Shown: positions 25,773 through 32,881 of the stretch, piece after piece
How the letters are laid out: the number at the start of each line of letters is the position of its first letter
Numbering within the stretch: position 1 is the first letter of the stretch
Virus record (IMG/VR): IMGVR_UViG_3300047311_000868
Span: 1-49,072 of that record
Source of the DNA: a virus
DNA length: 49,072 nucleotides
Strand: one strand, 5' to 3'
The notes under the pieces: generated by a model
Seen by the model: the letters and a program-made list of their open reading frames with translations, nothing else
The model's database searches: none
What the model was told of the DNA's origin: nothing
Program-made: the position numbers and the translations under genes

Positions 25773-25989
25773 AGATGAGCACCCTGTCGTTTTTCTCCGC
25801 CATTAACCTGCATGCAATTCTCCCATCCACGCTTATCATAGCGAAGATTGGTTTCCAGTCGTCGGTGCGGTAGCGTCGAAGCTCAACAGAGATGGAGTTG
25901 TCGCGAGTGGTGGGGATGAGGCGAACCTCACCCCACTTCTTCAACCCTTCGAAGAGCTCGAGCCGGGGGAGGACGCTATCCCTCGGCAC
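25654..25989 (-). CDS. Hypothetical protein (start uncertain; 3' end overlaps the Sak4-like gene by ~119 nt)
   Basis: Frame of ORF 25654..26058. The first 23 codons overlap the upstream acidic-protein gene, so GTG 25989 or TTG 25944 is the more likely start. Confidence 0.4.
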   Translation of the reverse strand: MPRDSVLPRLELFEGLKKWGEVRLIPTTRDNSISVELRRYRTDDWKPIFAMISVDGRIACRLMAEKNDRVLIYDDTTHTFSDVVGKSGVGNNPPLRSGEAGENTRGGKDNT

Positions 25990-26164
25990 TGTCCTTGTCC
26001 TCTTCGTTGTCGTCGTCGTTCTTAGCGTCTGCGAAGATGTCAACGGCAACATCACCAAAGGTGTCGCAGATGCTGTCTTCCTGCTCGTCGGTGAGCTCGC
26101 TGTTGTCGGTTACGACTTCGTCGACGAGGTCGGAGAGTTTGCTCTTAAATTCGTCACGTGTCAT
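25976..26164 (-). CDS. Small highly acidic protein (62 aa, about 37% Asp+Glu)
   Basis: Internal Met17 with SD aaggag. The ATG overlaps the upstream TGA (ATGA). Sequence: MTRDEFKSKLSDLVDEVVTDNSELTDEQEDSICDTFGDVAVDIFADAKNDDDNEEDKDSAEG. Confidence 0.6.
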   Translation of the reverse strand: MTRDEFKSKLSDLVDEVVTDNSELTDEQEDSICDTFGDVAVDIFADAKNDDDNEEDKDSAEG

Positions 26165-26469
26165 TGTACGGTCTCCTTCTCTTCGTTTTCGATGACTGCT
26201 AGGATGGCCCATTGACTCACGCTTAGGAACTCATGCTGTTCTCCTTTGTATGTGACGGTGAAGGGCTTGCCACTCCACCTGTCGAAGACGACCTTCTTGC
26301 CTTCCAGGCAGTCTTCTCCTTGTGCGTACCAGGTGAAGGTCGTGTTGTGGTGGACGACAAGTCCAGTTTTCGGCTTTTCTTTCGCCTTGCTGCCGTAGAT
26401 AACGCCGAACTTAGAAGCGGTGAGTTCGGCGTCAGCTGTGACGAAGCAGTAGCCTGGACGAGCCCTCAT
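26161..26469 (-). CDS. GroES/Cpn10-like co-chaperonin
   Basis: It aligns by eye to GroES: RARPGYCFVTADAELTASKFGVIYGSKAKEKPKTGLVV.. (cf. [41 protein letters not shown]) and EGKKVVFDRWSGKPF...EFLSVSQWAILAVIE (cf. VGDIVIFNDGYGVK....EVLIMSESDILAIVE). Confidence 0.55.
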   Translation of the reverse strand: MRARPGYCFVTADAELTASKFGVIYGSKAKEKPKTGLVVHHNTTFTWYAQGEDCLEGKKVVFDRWSGKPFTVTYKGEQHEFLSVSQWAILAVIENEEKETVQ

Positions 26470-26654
26470 GGCTGCACCTGCGGATCTACCTTGCCAGCTT
26501 TCTGAAACACTTCAGCGCGGAACCGATCGCACTGCGCCGAGAGTTCGTCGGCATCAAGGCTCTTGAGTGGAACGACAGTATCGCCACCCGCAACCCTGAC
26601 GTAATTGGGCGTCAGCCACGCTTGGAGCACGACGCGGATCGTGGGTTGCCTCAT
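26466..26654 (-). CDS. Hypothetical protein (high-GC island)
   Basis: 62-aa ORF with ATGA-coupled junctions on both sides. Confidence 0.5.
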   Translation of the reverse strand: MRQPTIRVVLQAWLTPNYVRVAGGDTVVPLKSLDADELSAQCDRFRAEVFQKAGKVDPQVQP

Positions 26655-27016
26655 GGCTGTTCCTTGCTAATCGTGATACTGCTTGGCTGGCCGTCCTCGG
26701 GAGGAAGCAGGGCCGCGAGATCGGCCCACGCGACATACTCGATCTTCCACGTCAGGCCATCGTTTCGTGTAATCGTGTGGGCATTGCGCGGCAGGGCGCG
26801 GATCTGCGCGAGGAGATCAGGGGCGGGCGGGTGCGCGTGCAGGAGCGCGGCCACCCGACTGAGTAGATTAGAGATACGAGCCGCCGATTCCCGATGAATC
26901 TCAGCCCATACCGTTCCGCCCTCTGGCATGAATCGATACTTGTCAAGGAACGCGGCCTGCCGTTCGCATTCTTCGATCACTTGTTCCAGTCCCACCCGGA
27001 GTCCGTCCGCGCTCAT
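26651..27016 (-). CDS. Hypothetical protein (high-GC island)
   Basis: 121-aa ORF with strongly GC3-rich codons and ATGA-coupled junctions. Confidence 0.55.
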   Translation of the reverse strand: MSADGLRVGLEQVIEECERQAAFLDKYRFMPEGGTVWAEIHRESAARISNLLSRVAALLHAHPPAPDLLAQIRALPRNAHTITRNDGLTWKIEYVAWADLAALLPPEDGQPSSITISKEQP

Positions 27017-27498
27017 GGCTGCACCGGAGGATCAGGGAGCGCCAGCTTCGCGTTGAGTGCATCCCGTAACTGCTCTAGCGACCGATATGTGAACACGCTG
27101 TCCGTGATGCCCATCCACCGGCAGGGGTCTGCTTCCATCGCTACCACGACCTTTCCAAGATGCAGATACCAACGGCCCGTAGACAGGCCAATTTCAAACT
27201 TCTCCTGTGGGGGCGTCGGCGGGTCCCTCTCGGCTACTTGGCGCGGTTGATCGGCAACTGATTGGCCTTTAAGAGCTTGGTTTGCTCGCGTAGTTCCTTC
27301 AGGATTTCTGAGAGCACCGACTTCAGCCCGTCGATGTCCTGCTTCTCTGCGGCTCGCGTCTCGTTCATGTTCTGCCTCCTGTCGGTCCCCCTCGGTGTCC
27401 AGCACGGCGGCAAGTTCGTCCGCACACTCAGAATAATCACAATATCCGCCCCGCCGCCATTTTGCTTCTAGCTCTCGGAGTCGTCGTTCGTCTATCAT
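27013..27498 (-). CDS. Hypothetical 161-aa ORF; its central third looks non-coding in this frame (see nested ORF 27234..27368)
   Basis: The ends have GC3-rich codons and plausible sequence. The middle (RDASRREAGHRRAEVGALRNPEGTTRANQALKGQS) has low GC3, while the alternative frame is GC3-rich. Confidence 0.4.
   Translation of the reverse strand: MIDERRLRELEAKWRRGGYCDYSECADELAAVLDTEGDRQEAEHERDASRREAGHRRAEVGALRNPEGTTRANQALKGQSVADQPRQVAERDPPTPPQEKFEIGLSTGRWYLHLGKVVVAMEADPCRWMGITDSVFTYRSLEQLRDALNAKLALPDPPVQP
27234..27368 (-). CDS. Candidate nested or alternative-frame small coiled-coil protein (44 aa)
   Basis: AGGAGG-N6-ATG at 27380..27366. The product is MNETRAAEKQDIDGLKSVLSEILKELREQTKLLKANQLPINRAK. 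GC3 is about 75% here against about 35% for the overlapping 161-aa frame (hand count). Confidence 0.4.
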   Translation of the reverse strand: MNETRAAEKQDIDGLKSVLSEILKELREQTKLLKANQLPINRAK

Positions 27499-28460
27499 CT
27501 CCCTACCTCGATGTTTGCTAAGAGCGAAGCGTTCGCCGGGATGTCGACGTAGTCCGCATCTCTCTGACGATATAGGGCACGTCGAGTTGGATTGTCTTCC
27601 AGACAGAGTTCACGATAGACGCAAGTTCCGTAGCGGAAGCATTCGTTGGTATTCTTATAGAAAACGGTCTTGGCATCTTCACCGGCAGAAACACGAGCCT
27701 TTCGCCACGCGATCTCCTTACCAATCTCAACAAACTCTCGCTCGAATTCACCAAGCTCTTCGTCAGAACGTGTTTTGAGGTCACGGACATACTGCGGGAT
27801 TTTTGTCTTGACGAGGACATCGATAATCACCCCTGCTACTCTTTGCTTGAGGAATTTGGTGATGGCGTAGGAGTACGCTGAAAATTGCATCGCCATCTCA
27901 TACTTCGATAGGTCCCGAAGGTCGAGCTTGCCCGCTGTCTTGTGGTCGACAATCCACAGTCTTTGGTTCCAGGTGGCGAGTTTGTCAGTGCGGAAGACGA
28001 GAATGATGTTGGTGCCTTCGCCCACCTCCACCTCGCCCTTAGTCTCCTGCGCGATGGGAATCCAAGTTGTCTTGCCGTCGTACTCCTCCGCGTAACCACG
28101 AAGTAGCTTCTCCACAATTTCGGATTGTGTGGAGAGGTCGTCGAGGTCGCCTGGCATGAGGCGCTTTGGGAGACTTGCCTTGAGGTTCTTCAACGACTCC
28201 TCAACGGCTTTGTCGACACTCTCTCCACTACCCAACAACGCAAGGCCAAGGTGGGTTGCGGTGCCGGTGTTGAGAGCCCATTTTGGTCTGTCTGATTCGA
28301 GGCGGCAGACATCCCACCAGTAGAATTTCCGGTGGCAGTCCTCATAGAGCTGTGCCCGGCTCTGGTTCAGGAACAACTTCGTCTGCGCCACGTCCGCCAT
28401 CACCAAATTCTGCTTCGTGTTGGACTGCCAGAAAGTCAGGGGGAACGTCTCCATCTCCAC
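27495..28460 (-). CDS. PD-(D/E)XK nuclease, Cas4/RecB-like exonuclease with Fe-S cysteines
   Basis: An N-terminal Cys (EDCHRKFYW), core LWIVDHKTAGK...QFSAYSY, and a C-terminal CFRYGTCVYRELC match the Cas4/AddB-type 4-Cys nuclease layout. Confidence 0.7.
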   Translation of the reverse strand: MEMETFPLTFWQSNTKQNLVMADVAQTKLFLNQSRAQLYEDCHRKFYWWDVCRLESDRPKWALNTGTATHLGLALLGSGESVDKAVEESLKNLKASLPKRLMPGDLDDLSTQSEIVEKLLRGYAEEYDGKTTWIPIAQETKGEVEVGEGTNIILVFRTDKLATWNQRLWIVDHKTAGKLDLRDLSKYEMAMQFSAYSYAITKFLKQRVAGVIIDVLVKTKIPQYVRDLKTRSDEELGEFEREFVEIGKEIAWRKARVSAGEDAKTVFYKNTNECFRYGTCVYRELCLEDNPTRRALYRQRDADYVDIPANASLLANIEVGR

Positions 28461-29169
28461 CTCTCATGCTGTTTCGTACGAGTTGTTCTTGCTCGGCGGA
28501 CAGTCGCGAAGCAGCTAAGTCGTTTCCGAAGAGGAAGGCGGAAGCGAGTGGCACGTTGCCGTCATTAGGTCGCACAAAGCCCTCAAAGACGCCGCCGTAT
28601 CCACCGCCATATCGGCCGTCACTGCGCAACGACGCACGGACGTGAAGCATGCCTCCTGAGAGTCGAACAGTGAGCCAGCCACCACCAACGATACCATATG
28701 TTCGGAGAGCCCGTTCGCTGTATCCAGTAGTGATGTCAAGGTCCGACACATCTGGCCAAAGCTCTCTTGTGCTTGGGAGTGGGAAGGCTTCGACGTCTGG
28801 GATCTCTCCCTGATCGACGGCGCAAAGGCCAGTGGCGATGCTGCTGGCGACAGCCGGAGCGATGTTAGCTTCGGTGATGAGGAATTCGGTGTATCGTCGT
28901 CTTGTTCCATAGTCCGTCCATTTACTAACCAACGCTGTTAGGTACTCATCGCACTGCGCCGCGTCCCAGGCGAAGGGGACGGCACGAAGTACGTATTGAC
29001 GGAAGGGGCCGGTTTTTACCGGCGGGCTTATCGCAAGGCCAAGGCACGAGGTGTTGTCGTCGTAGCTGTGAGTGCGAAGCCAGAGTCCTTCACGGGGACT
29101 GGACCAGATATCTTGGCGGGTGCGGAGGTGGTCGAGGAGTTGCTCAAACTCCCACCATTGTAGGTTCAT
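28342..29169 (-). CDS. Hypothetical 275-aa protein immediately downstream of queC (function unknown)
   Basis: Internal Met30 with SD ggagg, 5 nt after the queC stop. No motif recognised. The 3' ~119 nt overlaps the nuclease gene out of frame. Confidence 0.55.
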   Translation of the reverse strand: MNLQWWEFEQLLDHLRTRQDIWSSPREGLWLRTHSYDDNTSCLGLAISPPVKTGPFRQYVLRAVPFAWDAAQCDEYLTALVSKWTDYGTRRRYTEFLITEANIAPAVASSIATGLCAVDQGEIPDVEAFPLPSTRELWPDVSDLDITTGYSERALRTYGIVGGGWLTVRLSGGMLHVRASLRSDGRYGGGYGGVFEGFVRPNDGNVPLASAFLFGNDLAASRLSAEQEQLVRNSMRGGDGDVPPDFLAVQHEAEFGDGGRGADEVVPEPEPGTAL

Positions 29170-29173
29170 ACTA

Positions 29174-29869
29174 TTAGGCCTCCAGGAGTGCGGGGTCTTT
29201 CTCTCCCGCGGAAGCGAAGCCTTCAACGCGGATCTTACAGCTGTCACACTCCCCACAAGGTACGTCTCCTCCCGCGTAGCAGGACCAGGTGAGGCCGTAT
29301 GGCACTTTCAGGCTGCGCCCGAGAATGATGATTTCCGCCTTTGTGAGGTGGATGAGAGGAGTGTAGATGGTGACCTTTTGGGGGTTGACGTCCGACGTCT
29401 TAAAGCCCAACGCCAGGTCGATCGTCTCCATCAAGGCTGCGAAGAATTCGGGTCGGCAGTCGGGATAGCCAGAGTAATCAACTGCATTCCATCCTCCGAC
29501 GATGTCGTAAACTTTTTCCACGTACGCAATGCCTGCCGCGATGGAAAGCATGATGAGATTGCGGCCTGGGACGAAAGAAGGAGGAAGGTCGGACGGTGTC
29601 CTCTCAACGCTTTCAACGCTTGGATTGCCGTGGACAAGGCCGGAGGTAAGTGAGCTACCTCCAATAGTGGCGAAGGCTTGCGCGAGGTTGATGTTGCGTG
29701 GTGGTGCGAGGTCGAAGTGACGGCAGAGGAGTTGCGCACACGCTTGTTCTTTGGCATGTCGTTGTCCATAGAAGAAGGAAAGGGGGATGTGCGGAGGGGC
29801 TGTGTTGCGTAGCGCCCAGGCTAGGGATGTTGCTGAGTCAAGACCGCCAGATACGAGGATCACACTCAT
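29174..29869 (-). CDS. queC: 7-cyano-7-deazaguanine (preQ0) synthase
   Basis: ILVSGGLDSATS, FYGQRHAKE, FVPGRNLIMLSIAA, DYSGYPDCRPEFF and SCYAGGDVPCGECDSCKIRVEGF match QueC signatures. At 231 aa it has no fused amidotransferase domain. Confidence 0.9.
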   Translation of the reverse strand: MSVILVSGGLDSATSLAWALRNTAPPHIPLSFFYGQRHAKEQACAQLLCRHFDLAPPRNINLAQAFATIGGSSLTSGLVHGNPSVESVERTPSDLPPSFVPGRNLIMLSIAAGIAYVEKVYDIVGGWNAVDYSGYPDCRPEFFAALMETIDLALGFKTSDVNPQKVTIYTPLIHLTKAEIIILGRSLKVPYGLTWSCYAGGDVPCGECDSCKIRVEGFASAGEKDPALLEA

Positions 29870-30360
29870 TCTCCACGCTCCTTGAGATATTCCGCTTCCA
29901 GTTTCCGCATGATGCTGCGTTTTGTTTGCTCGTAGATGTTTTGTACGTTGCCAACCTCAACCTCCACATTCCACTTTTCGCGGAGGAGCGCTGCGTCGGC
30001 CTCGTATGTGGTGATGAGCGCTTTGGGGTAGGCAAACTCTGCACGGTAACCACGAGTGTGTTCAACGATCTGCCCCCAGAGGTACACTTGCCCGATAACC
30101 GGCCCGAAGGCCATGTCCTGGCAGAGTTGGTGGATGGTTTTGAAGGCGTACATTCCAACATTTCCACCTTTATAGGAGAATTGCCCTGGTGTGAAGGCGG
30201 GTTTGGCTGGCCCTCCGCAGTGATCGCAAATACTCTGCACGGGCTTGCCAGGCAGCCAGTAGTAGTTCCTTGCGTAGGCTTTCAGGCCGCCTGTGGAGCG
30301 GTCGATGCCTCCCCACGTTCTCCAACCAATAAGCGGTTCGAAGTAGTCAGGAATTTGCAT
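29866..30360 (-). CDS. Hypothetical 164-aa protein immediately upstream of queC (translationally coupled)
   Basis: The ORF overlaps the queC start by 4 nt. It contains GWRTWGG, CDHCGG, GMYAFK and GQVYLWGQIVEHTRGYRAEFAYP, which resembles a widespread phage family of unknown function. Confidence 0.6.
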   Translation of the reverse strand: MQIPDYFEPLIGWRTWGGIDRSTGGLKAYARNYYWLPGKPVQSICDHCGGPAKPAFTPGQFSYKGGNVGMYAFKTIHQLCQDMAFGPVIGQVYLWGQIVEHTRGYRAEFAYPKALITTYEADAALLREKWNVEVEVGNVQNIYEQTKRSIMRKLEAEYLKERGE

Positions 30361-30544
30361 CGGGCACCTTCTCCACTCTCATCATCTTATTGTACGCCTT
30401 GTACACTCCAATGATGTCGAAGCTGCCCTTGGTGAGGCGGAAGATCAGCACTCCTCCTTCGCAGTCAACCGTGCCTGCAAGAACGTCCTCGTTGACGTCT
30501 CTTCCTTCCTCATCCTTGCCGATCGTAATCCTATACCGGTACAT
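30347..30544 (-). CDS. Hypothetical protein
   Basis: 65-aa ORF overlapping its neighbours by 14 nt at each end. Confidence 0.5.
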   Translation of the reverse strand: MYRYRITIGKDEEGRDVNEDVLAGTVDCEGGVLIFRLTKGSFDIIGVYKAYNKMMRVEKVPDANS

Positions 30545-30689
30545 GGGTCGGTACGGGAACGTCTTCGTGTGTTGGTACGGTCACCGGACGGGTTGCTGGT
30601 TGCTTTTCTGGTATAGACTGCGGCACCTCCACTGGAAGTTGTACGGGCTCCACGATGATGGTGCGGAGCGGTTCACCTACGTTTGCCAT
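30531..30689 (-). CDS. Possible small Pro/Val-rich protein (52 aa)
   Basis: GAGGAGG-N4-ATG at 30689. The product is MANVGEPLRTIIVEPVQLPVEVPQSIPEKQPATRPVTVPTHEDVPVPTHVPV. It falls below the ORF-track cutoff. Confidence 0.4.
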   Translation of the reverse strand: MANVGEPLRTIIVEPVQLPVEVPQSIPEKQPATRPVTVPTHEDVPVPTHVPV

Positions 30690-30722
30690 TTGTCCTCCTC
30701 AAGTTCATTGGTTGAGCTAGAG

Positions 30723-30749
30723 GAAGGGGAGTGTGCAGTCCTCCCCTTC
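30723..30749 (-). terminator. 9-bp GC-rich hairpin (GAAGGGGAG N9 CTCCCCTTC) just past the stop of 30755..31123; weak or non-canonical terminator or RNA stability element
   Basis: Read directly. No U-tract follows on the minus strand. Confidence 0.3.
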
Positions 30750-30754
30750 GTGTA

Positions 30755-31123
30755 TTACGCGGACGCGGTGTCGAGGCCGAGTTCTTTGGCGCGAGCCAAG
30801 ACGAGCTTAATGCGGGCGTTGCGCTTGTCGCGGTACGCCTTCTGCTTGTCCTTGTTCTTCGCCATGTACGCCTTACGCTGTTCTTTGATCTTGGCGTACG
30901 CTTCCGGATCCGCCTTCAGCTTCTCGTTCCGATCCTTCTGGTACGCAAGACGCTTCGTCTTGTTCTCGGGGGACGAGTTGTACTGAACCTGCTTCGCCTT
31001 CCGCTGCACCTTGTCCGCTTGGGCTTTCGCGAACTCGGCACGAAGTTCCTCTTCCGACATCTGTGCTACGGACTGCTGGATCTCGTCGAGAATGCTCATG
31101 CTGCCTAACGGCTCGCCGGACAT
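30755..31123 (-). CDS. Lys-rich basic protein, hypothetical (start uncertain: 31123 or 31099)
   Basis: First gene after the promoter at 31233..31261. The sequence ...KAKQVQYNSSPENKTKRLAYQKDRNEKLKADPEAYAKIKEQRKAYMAKNKDKQKAYRDKRNARIK is helical and basic. An 8-bp hairpin (31181..31202) lies in the leader. Confidence 0.5.
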   Translation of the reverse strand: MSGEPLGSMSILDEIQQSVAQMSEEELRAEFAKAQADKVQRKAKQVQYNSSPENKTKRLAYQKDRNEKLKADPEAYAKIKEQRKAYMAKNKDKQKAYRDKRNARIKLVLARAKELGLDTASA

Positions 31124-31232
31124 GTTGCTGTCTGCGAAGCCGCCTCCTGCGCCTCTACACGTTGCTGTGGGGCGCGTAATGGAAGTGCGTGATTGCACTT
31201 CCAAACTCTTTCTCTCTCATCAACCATATGTT

Positions 31233-31261
31233 ATTATACTACACTTAAAAGTAAAAATCAA
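31233..31261 (-). promoter_or_regulatory. Sigma70-type promoter TTGATT-N17-TATAAT
   Basis: The reverse complement of 31233..31261 reads TTGATT TTTACTTTTAAGTGTAG TATAAT, in an AT-rich gap between 31270 and 31204. Confidence 0.65.
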
Positions 31262-31269
31262 CTTCTAAG

Positions 31270-31473
31270 TTAGGCTCCTCCTCTCATCCGCGATCGCACC
31301 ATGCGGTTCGTCCCGAGGCGGTGGTGGTAGCGGCATGTGCCTTCACGACTCTTAACATCCTTCTTCATCTCAAACTCGCCCGTGTCGTGGTTGAAGGCCA
31401 TGTCTTCGACGTCGGAGTTGAAGCGGCGTACGCGCTTCACGCGCTTGCAGATTGTGCAGTAGAAGCGTTTCAC
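31270..31473 (-). CDS. Small basic Cys/His protein (zinc-binding-like)
   Basis: 67 aa. MKRFYCTICKRVKRV...EGTCRYHH has a CxxC...CxxH pattern. Confidence 0.5.
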   Translation of the reverse strand: MKRFYCTICKRVKRVRRFNSDVEDMAFNHDTGEFEMKKDVKSREGTCRYHHRLGTNRMVRSRMRGGA

Positions 31474-31679
31474 TTCGCCACCTCGTATGATTCATCCTCG
31501 ATGAACGTGTCATCCCACCCCTCTTGAAAGGACGGAAGTGCGTTGGAGATTGCGTCGGAAAGAGCATCCATCTCCTCGACGGTGGAGTCACTTTCATTCG
31601 CGCGCTTCCAGATAGTATCTGCTATCTCTATCGTCTTGTAGAGCTGGCAGTAGACGCTTACAAGGATCTTCACAACCAC
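31470..31679 (-). CDS. Hypothetical acidic protein
   Basis: 69-aa ORF with a 4-nt overlap with the downstream gene. Confidence 0.5.
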   Translation of the reverse strand: MVVKILVSVYCQLYKTIEIADTIWKRANESDSTVEEMDALSDAISNALPSFQEGWDDTFIEDESYEVAK

Positions 31680-32035
31680 ACCTTCACGAGCTTGTCGAGG
31701 AGGCTTTCAATGCGGTCGAGGCGTGTGATGATGCCGTTCGCCTTCGGCTCTTCTTCCTTCCTCTTCGCGAGGACCTTCTCTACCACCACAGGAATTTTGT
31801 TGCTGCCATTCTTCACATGCTGTAGTGCGTCGATAACTGCTTCGATCGACATTGGATATCGGTAAACCCTCGTCAGCTTGTTCACCTCGGCAGAATCGAA
31901 CTGAGCGAAGTGCTTCTGCGCTCCTTCTTTGATCGGCCGTAGGTCGGTGAGGATCTTCGCCTCCACGAATTTCTCAATTGTGGTGTTGCCGCAACCGAGC
32001 TTTTCCTTCGCCTGTGTTCGTGAGAGTTTCATCAT
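31670..32035 (-). CDS. HTH DNA-binding protein (excisionase/MerR-like HTH)
   Basis: The start at Met12 makes an ATGA overlap with the upstream stop. MMKLSRTQAKEKLGCGNTTIEKFVEAKIL fits the HTH_17-like pattern. Confidence 0.55.
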   Translation of the reverse strand: MMKLSRTQAKEKLGCGNTTIEKFVEAKILTDLRPIKEGAQKHFAQFDSAEVNKLTRVYRYPMSIEAVIDALQHVKNGSNKIPVVVEKVLAKRKEEEPKANGIITRLDRIESLLDKLVKVWL

Positions 32036-32526
32036 CTCCGTCCTTTCGGAATACGTTGTAAATACCACTGTACACTACACTCCACACAGAGCTTGGAGAG
32101 AGCCGTTACAGCAGGCCTTTCAGGGTGACATTTCGCAGGAATGACGTTGGTAACCCGCGCAGCAGGTGCTCGTACGCCCGCTTCCGTTCTGATGGTATCG
32201 AACTCTGCCGTAGTTCCCTCAGGAGGCCGTGAAGCAAGTGTGCTCGGGTTTTCTCGGACACTGAAAGGGAGTTGGGCGTGCACACCCCTCCTAGAGCTTC
32301 GATGCAACTCTCGGATAGCTTTTTCACCAACCTCGGCGGAAGTGATGATGAAGGGCGCGGTTTTGTGTTCCCAGGACATGTAGCCGATAGTTTTATCATC
32401 GTCATCTTTCGTCTTACAGATTACGCAGAGGGTAGTCTCTGGAAGTATCCGTAAGCGCTCTTTCGAGATTGCTTCCTTACACACCACACACTTTCGTGAA
32501 GGGGATAAAGAGTGATCAGTGGGCAT
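32032..32526 (-). CDS. DksA/TraR-type C4 zinc-finger protein
   Basis: CVVCKEAISKERLRILPETTLCVICK matches the TraR/DksA zinc-finger signature (C..C...I...R.......C..C). Confidence 0.55.
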   Translation of the reverse strand: MPTDHSLSPSRKCVVCKEAISKERLRILPETTLCVICKTKDDDDKTIGYMSWEHKTAPFIITSAEVGEKAIRELHRSSRRGVHAQLPFSVRENPSTLASRPPEGTTAEFDTIRTEAGVRAPAARVTNVIPAKCHPERPAVTALSKLCVECSVQWYLQRIPKGRR

Positions 32527-32529
32527 CTG

Positions 32530-32631
32530 CTACCGTTCCCTTCGCCTTTCACCAACGATCGCCACCCACCACAAAAGGCAAACAGCAGAGAGGAGGAAGA
32601 GTTGCGGGAACTTTGTGAGGAGGAAGTTCAT
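32530..32631 (-). CDS. Possible 33-aa membrane peptide
   Basis: The ATG overlaps the upstream TGA (ATGA). The product MNFLLTKFPQLFLLSAVCLLWWVAIVGERRRER is one TM helix plus a basic tail. Confidence 0.35.
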   Translation of the reverse strand: MNFLLTKFPQLFLLSAVCLLWWVAIVGERRRER

Positions 32632-32807
32632 ATAACCTCGATGCTCTGAACTTCGTTGACATCGATAACACGTGTGGGATTGTCATCCTTCGCGTCGACG
32701 CTATCTCCCTCCCAAAGGAGAAGGTTGTGTTTGCCCATCACCACTTTCCAGATGTTGATGACTTCGGGAACACCTTTACAACCCTCTAACCAGATTTTGA
32801 TTTGCAT
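32628..32807 (-). CDS. Hypothetical early protein (59 aa)
   Basis: Internal Met26 with SD aaggacggag. The longer ORF start at 32882 would lie inside the -10 box of the promoter. Confidence 0.5.
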   Translation of the reverse strand: MQIKIWLEGCKGVPEVINIWKVVMGKHNLLLWEGDSVDAKDDNPTRVIDVNEVQSIEVI

Positions 32808-32881
32808 GAGCTCCGTCCTTTCGGATCGTTCCACACACCACAACTGGATTGTTGTGAGAATATGTAGAAATTCATAATACA

